NCBI GenBank assembly: GCA_903858275.1
Contig: CAIOIC010000028.1
Coordinates: 93,173-157,172 of the forward strand
DNA: 64,000 nucleotides
Reading direction: 5' to 3'
Source of the DNA: an uncultured Verrucomicrobia subdivision 3 bacterium
Lineage (GTDB): Bacteria; Verrucomicrobiota; Verrucomicrobiia; Limisphaerales; UBA11358
The translations under genes and the position numbers were made by a program. Positions 1-9,300 of the stretch are shown piece by piece. Under the pieces are notes generated by a model that ran no database searches, was not told the origin of the DNA, and saw only the letters and a list, made by a program, of their open reading frames with translations. The first letter of the stretch is position 1. Each line of letters begins with the position of its first letter.

Positions 1-563
1 TTGCGCTGGAACGGATCGAATCCGGCAACGTCGTCAGCGGTTGGAAAGATTCCTTCGCCTCGTCCGGCGCCAGCCTGGCGCTGATGCACTCGGCCACTGT
101 GCCGCCGCACGGTTGCTTCAAGGATGTGCGGATGCGAATGGTTACCGGTCGTGTGGAACTCGTCTGGCAGCGCGTCTGGAGCATCGGCGGCGACACTGGT
201 TGGTATTACGGCAACTGGCTCTGGGCGCTGCGCGGCCTGTTCGACAAAATGGTCGGCGGCGTGGGCCTGAACCGCGGCCGCACGCATGTCAACGATATCG
301 AGGTGGGCGACGCGCTGGATTTCTGGCGGGTGCTGGTGGCGGACAAGCAGGCCAGACGCCTCTTGCTCTTCGCCGAAATGCGTCTGCCTGGCGAAGCGTG
401 GCTTGAGTTTCAGATTGTCCCGACCAAGGACGGCGACCAGCTCATCCAGACCGCCACGTTCCGCCCGCGCGGCGTTTCCGGCCGGCTTTACTGGTATGCC
501 CTGCTGCCGCTGCACTATTTCGTTTTCAACGGCATGATCGATGCGCTGAGCCTGCCAGATTGA
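1..563 (+). CDS. DUF2867-like domain protein, C-terminal part (5' end lies outside the window)
   Basis: Frame 3 is open from the window edge to the stop at 561-563. The translation (WSIGGDTGWYYGNWLWALRG...FWRV...AWLEFQI...YWYALLPLHYFVF) resembles the DUF2867 domain found at the C-terminus of SDR-like proteins. Confidence 0.6.
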   Translation, partial: ALERIESGNVVSGWKDSFASSGASLALMHSATVPPHGCFKDVRMRMVTGRVELVWQRVWSIGGDTGWYYGNWLWALRGLFDKMVGGVGLNRGRTHVNDIEVGDALDFWRVLVADKQARRLLLFAEMRLPGEAWLEFQIVPTKDGDQLIQTATFRPRGVSGRLYWYALLPLHYFVFNGMIDALSLPD

Positions 564-680
564 CCGCGAAAGACGCCAGCTGCGCGAACAATTCCAAAAC
601 GAATTTTTCCTTTCGCATATTTGGCGGGTTTCGCGGGGGAAATTCATTTGTGATTTTTTTATGCGTGTTTGATCTGGGGC

Positions 681-720
681 AATAAAAAACGCCCCGCTGG
701 TTGCAGCGGGGCGTTTGCGA
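681..720. terminator. Bidirectional rho-independent terminator between convergent genes
   Basis: 10-bp GC-rich stem CGCCCCGCTG (690-699) / CAGCGGGGCG (704-713) with a 4-nt loop. It is flanked by an A-run (682-689) and TTTG, so the minus-strand reading gives a hairpin followed by TTTTTTATT. Confidence 0.75.
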
Positions 721-734
721 TTTAAGGGATTAAA

Positions 735-1004
735 TTATTTGTCTTTCTTTTTGGCATGGGGCGGGAAGGCTTTGGCCCAGGCAGCCTTGTCGGCTTCGGA
801 CATGGCGGCTTTTTCTTTTTCGTCGAGCTTGCCGTTCTTGTCGGCATCGTATTTGGTCAGCATGTCGGTCTGAAGTTGCTTCTGTTCAGGCGTCAGTTCC
901 TTTTTGGCATGTTTTTTAACGGCAGCGTCTTCCGCTTGAACGGTGAGGACGGTGGCGCAGAGCAGCGCAGCGGCTGCGAGGATCAGTTTTTTCATATTTT
1001 TCAA
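735..1004 (-). CDS. Small secreted EF-hand protein (89 aa)
   Basis: Signal peptide MKNMKKLILAAAALLCATVLTVQA. Canonical 12-residue EF-hand loop DADKNGKLDEKE (aa 53-64, nt 813-848). Lys-rich tail. Confidence 0.7.
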   Translation of the reverse strand: MKNMKKLILAAAALLCATVLTVQAEDAAVKKHAKKELTPEQKQLQTDMLTKYDADKNGKLDEKEKAAMSEADKAAWAKAFPPHAKKKDK

Positions 1005-1182
1005 TATATTTGTTTTCGATGTTTATTTTGGACTACGGGTAGACAGACGATAAAGGAAGCGGTGCCGGTTACAAGTATTTTGCCATTGGCGGCGGCTCCC
1101 CTTGGGCGGGCGGCGTTTTTCTACCCTGCGCCGGCCCGCCGGCGGTCGTTTCCTTCCGCCTCGTCGGTGTTTGGGGCGCCGG

Positions 1183-3270
1183 TTATTTCGCCGCGCGGTC
1201 GAGCGCGTCGAGGATGGTGTTGGGCGTCAGCACATCCGGCAGGACGATGGCGTTGGCGGTGGGATTCTTGGGGTAAACGAGGACCAGGGGCACCCCGGCG
1301 CGGTTGAAGTGATTGAGTTCCGAGGTGATGGAGTCAGGGAAATGCGTGTAATCCGCGAGCAGCGCGATGGCGTTGAGTGCCTTGATTTTCGCTGCCACGG
1401 AGGGGATTTCGATGCTGGTGCGCTTGTTGACCTGGCAGGTGAGACACCAGTCGGCGGTGAAATCCACCAGCACGGGCCGGCCGGCGGCGCGTGCCTTGGC
1501 CAGCGCCTCGGGGCTCCACGCTTCCCACGCGATGCCGTCGCGGTCGTGCGTCAGGTGGGCGGCATTTTGCGGCGGGAGCGGCTGGCGCCAGCGCAGCTGG
1601 CTTTCCAGCACAAAAACGTAGGCGATGATCAGCAATGCCAAGGTGCTGATGGTGGCAAATAATCTGAACTTCCGGCCGCGCTGGACGAATTCGCCGAAAA
1701 ACCACGCGGCGAACGCCAGCAGCACCAGAAACACGCCCAGCCACAGCACGCGCTCGCCGTAACTTTCGGCGGCGAGGTTGAACAGCCAGACCACGGTCAG
1801 CATCATCGGAAACGCCATGGCCATCTTGAATTTTTCCATCCACGCGCCGGGCTTGGGCAGGAATTTCAGCCACGACGGGTTCCAGCTCAGGAGCACGTAA
1901 GGCGACGCGAGGCCGGCGGCCACGGCGGCGAAAATCAGCAGGATGACCACCGCGCTTTGGGCGAACGCGAAGCCGAGGGCGATGCTTAAAAACGGCGCCG
2001 TGCAGGGCGTGGCCAGCGCCGTGGCCAGTACGCCGTTGAAAAAGGCGCCCGCCGCGCCTTGCTTGGAGGAAAGATTGCTCGCGGTGTCCATGGCGCCGCC
2101 GTGGAGCGTCACTTCAAACAGGCCGTAGAGATTCAGCGCCACCAGCGTGACGAGCGAGACGAGGCAGACGAGAAAAATCGGATTGCCGAACTGCATGCCC
2201 CAGCCGGCCTTGTGCCCGGCGGCCTTGACGCCGATCACCACCGCCGCCAGCACGAGGAAGGAGGCGAGCACGCCCAGCGCATAAACCAGCCCCAGCATCC
2301 GGACGTGGCGCGGTTCGCTCCGCGCTTCATTCACGAAGCCGAGAATTTTCAGCGCGATGACCGGCAGCACGCAGGGCATGATGTTCAGGATGAGGCCGCC
2401 GATGAAGGCGTAAATGAGCATCCGCCACAGGGGCTCGGTGCTTTGCGGCGGGGCGAAGCTGGCCGCGACGGGCGTGGAACTGATGGCGGTTTTGCCTTCG
2501 ACCGCGCCCTCGGTGGTGATGAACACGCCGGAAATATCCAGCGGCCAGTCGCCGGCGGATTTTTTCACAATCTTGCGCAGATGGATTTCTCCCGCCGGGG
2601 CCGCGAGCAATTCCGTTGCGCCTTGGATTTCCAAATTGTCATAGGCGGTGGGGAAGAAGTCAGCGCCCGTCGCCTTGCCCGGCCATTGCAAATTGAGGCT
2701 GCGGGTTTTGTCGTTTGTGGATTGTTCCCACCAGGCCTTGGCGGAAAAATTTCCGGCAATCGCTGGAACCTTGGCCTGCCAGGATTTGAGCTGCGCGGAG
2801 TCGGCGGAAGGCTTGGTTTCGCTGCCGGCGGTCAAGGTGCCTTTGATTTCCGCGCTGGCGGGAATGCAGGAATCCTTGCATTCCAGCCAGGAGACTTTGG
2901 CGGCAAGATTCAACAGGCCGGGCGGGACGCCTTTGTCGAGCTTGAGCGGCACGAGCAGGACGACTTCGTTTTCGTAGCCGTAGGTGGTGACCTCGGCGGG
3001 CGGGAGTTTTTGTGGCAGCGGCCACTGGATGTTGCCGGCGGTCACGCCGGGCGGCAACTGCCACTTGATCTCGGTGGCCTGCCCGGCATCGCCGGGGTTT
3101 TTCCAATAAGTGTGCCAGCCGGATTCCATTTTCAGCTGCACGCCGACGATCATCGTTTCGCCGGTTTTCGCGGCGGCGGGCAGGAGCAGCTTCACCTCGG
3201 TGTGGGCGGCGCTGGCGGTGTTCAAAGCCAGCATCAGAGAGGCGAGCAGAAAGAAGTTTCGCGCGGTCAT
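1183..3270 (-). CDS. dsbD: Thiol:disulfide interchange protein DsbD (DipZ family)
   Basis: 695 aa. N-terminal periplasmic domain, multi-TM core with the MPCVLP and TPCTAPF Cys motifs, and a C-terminal thioredoxin domain with WCLTCQ. Confidence 0.9.
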   Translation of the reverse strand: MTARNFFLLASLMLALNTASAAHTEVKLLLPAAAKTGETMIVGVQLKMESGWHTYWKNPGDAGQATEIKWQLPPGVTAGNIQWPLPQKLPPAEVTTYGYENEVVLLVPLKLDKGVPPGLLNLAAKVSWLECKDSCIPASAEIKGTLTAGSETKPSADSAQLKSWQAKVPAIAGNFSAKAWWEQSTNDKTRSLNLQWPGKATGADFFPTAYDNLEIQGATELLAAPAGEIHLRKIVKKSAGDWPLDISGVFITTEGAVEGKTAISSTPVAASFAPPQSTEPLWRMLIYAFIGGLILNIMPCVLPVIALKILGFVNEARSEPRHVRMLGLVYALGVLASFLVLAAVVIGVKAAGHKAGWGMQFGNPIFLVCLVSLVTLVALNLYGLFEVTLHGGAMDTASNLSSKQGAAGAFFNGVLATALATPCTAPFLSIALGFAFAQSAVVILLIFAAVAAGLASPYVLLSWNPSWLKFLPKPGAWMEKFKMAMAFPMMLTVVWLFNLAAESYGERVLWLGVFLVLLAFAAWFFGEFVQRGRKFRLFATISTLALLIIAYVFVLESQLRWRQPLPPQNAAHLTHDRDGIAWEAWSPEALAKARAAGRPVLVDFTADWCLTCQVNKRTSIEIPSVAAKIKALNAIALLADYTHFPDSITSELNHFNRAGVPLVLVYPKNPTANAIVLPDVLTPNTILDALDRAAK

Positions 3271-3311
3271 GATATTTTGTTTGTTCTGATTAATGATGTT
3301 TTAACCGTGGT

Positions 3312-6300
3312 TCAGGGGGCGACTTGCAACCGATAGAATCGGCCGTTGGATTTGGTGTTATCGCTCATCTGGCAATGGCCGCTGGCATCGGCGGTGTTGG
3401 TGGAAACATTAAACCAAATTGCGAGGTCGTCTGTGGCTTGCAAAATGTAATTGGCCCCCGGCGTGCCGGTGCATGTCAGCACAAAGCTGGCGCTTTGGGG
3501 AGAACTGATTTTTGAACTGACGCCGGAGCTGGTGCTCGCGCTGATTTGGAGCACCGGCGGGGCGGAAACGATGGCTTTTGCCGATACGCCCGCGCTTGGA
3601 AGGGAATTAGCCTTCACCGTATTTCCATTGTGCTCGTCATCGTCGGAAGAGCGCTTGGCGACCACTTTCAGAACGGCGTTGGAACTGGTAACCGTGGCAC
3701 CCGGATTCTTGACCGTCAAGGCATACGACCCGGCATTGCTGGTCCGAACATTGGTGATGGTCAGCACGTTGGAGAACGAACCGGAAATGTTTCCCCCGTT
3801 GGTGAGCGCCACGCCGTCCTTTAACCACTGGTAGGTGAATGGTGCCGTGCCGGAAACCGCCGCGCGGAACACGGTGGTCGTTCCGTTAGTTGCCGTCCGG
3901 CTGCCTGCCTGCAACGTGAACACCGGCGGCAACCAGACCGTCAGGGTGGCGTTGGCACTCGTGACGCTGCCCGCTAGATTTGTGACCACCACCGAATAAG
4001 CTGCGGCGTCCGTCATTTTGGCGCTGGCGATGGTGTAGGTGAAATTCGTGGCGTTGGCAATGGCCACGCCGGCTTTGCGCCACTGGTAGCGCAGCGTTTC
4101 CGTGCCGGTGGCGGCGACGCTGAATGTCACGGCGTTGCTCGCCAGGATCCCCTGGTTTGCGGGTTGTGTGATGATGGCTGGCGGCACGATCACGGCAAGC
4201 GATGCGTTGGTGCTGGTGGCGCTGCCAGCCACGTTGCTGGCGGTCAGGCCATAGGCGCCGTTGTCATTGGTCGTGAGATTGGCGACCGTCAGCACGTTGG
4301 AGAATGAACCGGAAATATTTCCGCCGTCGGTGAGCGCCACGCCGTCCTTGAACCATTGGTAGCTGAACGGCGCGGTGCCGGAGACGATCGCGCGGAAAAC
4401 GGTGTTCGTGCCGGACTTCGCCCAGCGGCTCGCCGCCTGCACCGTGAACGCCGGTTTAATATTGACCGTCAGGGTGGCGTTGGAACTCGTGACGCTGCCT
4501 GCGAGATTTGTGACCACCACGGAATAAGCCGCGGCGTCCGTCGTCTTGGCGATCGCCAGCGAGAAGGCGGCGTTCGTGGCGTTGGCAATGGCCACGCCGG
4601 CTTTGCGCCACTGATAAAACAACTTCTCTGTGCCGCTGGTCGTCGCCGTGAACGTCACGGCGTTGCTCAAGGTGACGGATTGGTTCGTTGGTTGCGCGAT
4701 GATGGCCGGTGGCACGATTACGGCGAGCACGGCGTTGGTGCTGGTCGCGCTGCCGGCCACATTGTTGGCGGTCAGGTAATAGGCGCCGCTGTCATTCGTG
4801 ATGAGATTGGCGACCGTTAGCACGTTGGAAAGTGAGCCGGAGATATTTCCGCCGTCGGTGAGCGCCACGCCGTCTTTGAACCACTGGTAGCTGAACGGGG
4901 CGGTGCCGGAAATGGTCGCGCGGAAAACGGTGTTGGTGCCGGATTTCGCCCAGCGATTCGCGGCCTGCGCTGTGAACGCCGGTTTAATATTCACCGTCAA
5001 GGTGGCGTTGGAACTCGTGACGCTGCCCGCAAGATTTGTGACCACCACGGAATAAGCCGCGGCATCCGTTGTCTTGGCAATCGCCACTGAGAAGGCGGCG
5101 TTCGTGGCCCCGACAATCGCCACACCGGCTTTGCGCCATTGATACCGCAGCTGTTCCGTGCCGGTGGCGGCTACCGTGAACGTCGCGGCGTTGCTCAAGG
5201 TGACGGATTGGTTCGCCGGCTGCGTGATGATCGCCGGTGGCACGACCACTGTGAGCACGGCGTTGGTGCTGGTGGCGCTGCCGGCTACGTTGCTGGCGGT
5301 CAGGTAATAGGCACCGTTGTCATTCGTGATGAGATTGGCGACCGTTAGCACGTTGGAAAGTGAGCCGGAGATATTTCCGCCGTCAGCGAGCGCCACGCGG
5401 TCTTTGAACCACTGGTAGCTGAACGGGGCGGTGCCGGAAATGGTCGCGCGGAAAACGGTGTTGGTGCCGGATTTCGCCCAGCGGTTCGTTGCCTGCGCTG
5501 TGAACGCTGGCTTTACATTCACCGTCAGGGTGACGTTGGAACTCGTGACGCTGCCCGCGAGATTTGTGACCACCACGGAATAATTCGCTGCGTCCGTCGT
5601 CTTGGCTACCGCTAGCGAGAAGGTTGCGTTCGTGGCTCCGGCAATCGCCACGCCGGCTTTGCGCCATTGATAACGCAGCGTTTCTGTGCCAGTGGCGCTG
5701 ATGCTGAATGTCACAGCGTTGCTCAAGGTGACGGATTGACTGACCGGTTGGGTGGTGATGGCCGGCGGCACGAGCATGGTCAATGTGGCATTTCTGCTCG
5801 TGGCGCTGCCCACGGCGTTGCCGACGGTCACGGAATAATTGCCGGCCTCCGCCGCCGTCAGCCCGGAAAGTTTCAGGACGTTCGTGGTGGAGCCGGAAAT
5901 ATTCCCGCCCTCCGCGAGCGGCGAACCGTTTTTGAGCCACTGGAAATTCAGCGGCCCGCTGCCGGTGGCGGTCACGGCGAACGTGACGTTGGTTCCGATG
6001 ATGACCGCGCGGTTGGTCGGGTGTCCGGTGATGGCGGGTGGCGTGAAGACCGCCAGCTTGGCCACCGAACTGGTGATGCTTCCATAGATATTCGTGATGA
6101 TGACGGAGTAATTTCCGTTGTCGTTGGTCGAGACATTGGCGAGCGCAAGCGTGGGCAAAGTTGTGCCGGAAACCGTTGCGCCAATGATTAGGCCGCCTCC
6201 CGGCCGGACAGGCGGAACAGGCGGTTTCGGCATGCCCCACGGCGGCGGCGGAACCGACGGCGGAATGCTGGTGGTGGGGCCGCCATAAACGAGGGTGCCG

Positions 6301-9300
6301 TTGGTGAGAGGGGTTCCGTTTTTCAGCCACCGGTATGCCAGCGGGCCGGTGCCGGCGGCGGTGACGGTGAAGGTCGCCGTGTTGCTCACGGCAACATTCT
6401 GGCTGGCGGGCGGCATGATGATGATGGGCGAGGCGTTGATGGAAACATTTGCGTTCGCGCTGGTGACGATGCCGTAGGCATTGCTGACCACGACGGAATA
6501 AGTGTCCACTTCATTCGTTGTCAGCGCGGTAATGGTCAGGTTGGTGGTGGCGGAGCCGGAAATATTTCCGCCGTCCGCCAGCACGATGCCGTGCTGGAAC
6601 CATTGGTAGCTCAGCAGCCCGGTGCCGCTGGCGACCACGGCCAGATTGATCGTGCTGCCGAGTGCGCCGAATTGGTTGGCCGGTTGCGTGACGATGGCCG
6701 GCGGCAAGAGCACCGTGAGCACGGCGGCGGAACTTGTCGCGGTGCCGGCGGCATTGCTGACCACGACGGAATAGCTCGCGGCATCGGCAGCTGAAATGTT
6801 GTTGAGACTCAGTGTCGCCGCCGTCGCGCCGGCGAGGTTGGCGCTGTTTTTCTTCCATTGATAAGTCAGTGGCGCGGTGCCGCTGGCGGTTACGGTGAAC
6901 GAAACATTGCTGCCCGCCAGCGCCGTGACATCGGCGGGTGGCGTGTCAATCGTGGGTGGCACCAGCACCGTGAGGGCGGCGGAGGAACTGGCCGCGCTTC
7001 CGGCGATGTTGGTGACCACCACGGAATAATTACCGGCATCATTGGTGCTGACGGCGGAAAGGGTAAACAAATTGGAAACCGCACCGGCGATGGCGGCGCC
7101 GTTTTTCAACCATTGGAAGCTCAGCGGCGCGGTGCCGGCGGCGGTGGCGCTGAATGAAACTGGATTGCCCTGCACGACGCTGGTGCTGGCCGGAGCCGTG
7201 GTGATGGCGGGCGGCACCAGGACGGTCAGCGCGGCGGCGGCGCTGGTGGCGCTGCCGACGGCGTTGGTGACGGTGGCGGAATAACTCGCCGCGTCCGCCG
7301 CCGCAAGATTTGCCAGCGTCAGCGAGGCGGTGTTCGCGCCGGAGACATTGCCGCCGTTGGCGATGGCCGCGCCATTTTTCTTCCATTGATAAACCAGCGG
7401 CGCGGTGCCGCTGGCGGTGACGGTGAACGAAACATTGCTGCCGGCGATCAGTGTTGCGTCCGCCGGAGAAGTGATGATGGCGGGCGGCACGGAAACCGTG
7501 AGTGAAGCCGCCGGACTGGTGATGGTGCCGAGGCTGTTGCTGACGATCACGGAATAGCTGGCGGTCTCATTGGTGGTGACGGCGGAAAGAATCAGATTGG
7601 TCGTGCCGGCCCCGGAGACGTTCCCGCCGTCGGTGAGCGGAGAATTGTTTTTCAGCCAGAAATAGAACAGTGGGGCGGAACCGGCGGCGCTGACGGTGAA
7701 GCTGGCGTTCGCCCCGGCGACGACGGACAGATTGGCCGGCGGGGCGGTGATGGTCGGCGTGGCGACGATGGTGAGCGGCGCGACGGCGCTGGTCACGCTC
7801 CCGGCGGCGTTGGTGATGATCACGGAGTAATTGCCCGTGTCCGCCGCCGCCACGGCGGTGACGGTGAGCGCGCTGGTGGTGACGCCGGAATATTTTACGC
7901 CGTTGGCGATGGCTGCACCATTCTTGAGCCATTGATAGGCGAGCGGCGCGGAGCCGGTGGCGGTGACGGAGAAACTGGCGCTGACGCCGCCGGCGACGGC
8001 TTGCGCGGCCGGCTGGGTGGAGATCGTGGGTGGCACCAGCACCGTGAGGGCGGCGGAGGAACTGGCCGCGCTTCCGGCGATGTTGGTGACCACCACGGAA
8101 TAATTGGCGGCGTCATTGGTGCTGACGGCGGAAAGGGTGAGGACATTGGAAACCGCGCCGGGGATGGCGGCGCCGTTTTTTAACCATTGGAAGCTCAAGG
8201 GCGCGGTGCCGGCGGCGGTGGCGCTGAATGAAACTGGATTGCCCTGCACGACCGTCGCGTTGGTCGGCGCCGCCGTGATGGCGGGCGGCACCAGGACGGT
8301 CAGCGCGGCGGCGGCGCTGGTGGCGCTGCCGACGGCGTTGGTGACGGTGGCGGAATAACTCGCCGCGTCCGCCGCCGCAAGATTTGCCAGCGTCAGCGTG
8401 GCGGTGTTCGCGCCGGAGACGTTGCCGCCGTTGGCGATGGCACTGCCATTTTTCTTCCATTGATAAACCAGCGGTGCGGTGCCGCTGGCGGTGACGGTGA
8501 AAGTGACATTGCTGCCGGCAATCCGCGTAGCGTCCGCCGGTGAAGTGACGATGGCGGGCGGCACGGAAACCGTGAGCGCGGCGGCGGTGCTGGTGATGGT
8601 GCCGAGGCTGTTGCTGACGATCACGGAATAGCTGGCGGCGTCATTGGTGGTGACGGTGGAGAGAATCAGATTGGCCGTGCTGACGCCGGAAACATTGCCG
8701 CCGTTGGCGAGCGGGGAATTGTTTTTCAGCCAGAAATAGAACAGCGGCGCGGAACCGGCGGCGGTGACAGTGAAGCTGGCGCTGGCCCCGGCGACCACGG
8801 AAAGATTGGCGGGCGGGGTGGTGATGGTCGGCGTGGCGACAATGGTGAGCGGCGCAACCGCGCTGGTCACGCTGCCGGCGGCGTTGGTGATGACGACGGA
8901 GTAATTGCCCGTGTCCGCCGCGGCGGCGGCGGTGACGGTGAGTCCGCTGGTGGTGACGCCGGAATATTTTGCGCCGTTGGCGATGGCCGCGCCGTTTTTC
9001 AACCACTGATAGGCGAGCGGCGCAGAGCCGGTGGCGGTGACGGAGAAACTGGCGCTGACGCCGCTGGCCACAGCTTGTGCGGCGGGCTGGGCGGTGATGG
9101 TCGGTGGCAAAATCACCGTGAGCGCGGCGGCGGTGCTGGTGGCGGTGCCGACGCTGTTGCTGACGAGGACGGAATAATTTGCCGCGTCCGCCGCCGCCAC
9201 AGTGGTGAGGGTGAGCGTGGCGGTGGTGGCGCCGGCGATATTGCCGCCGTTGGCGAGCGGCGAATTATTTTTCAGCCAGAAATAGCCGAGCGGCGCGGTG

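Noticed and set aside
2059-3336. 425-aa plus-strand ORF
   Set aside because: It is antisense to dsbD and has a low-complexity Gly/Arg/His translation.
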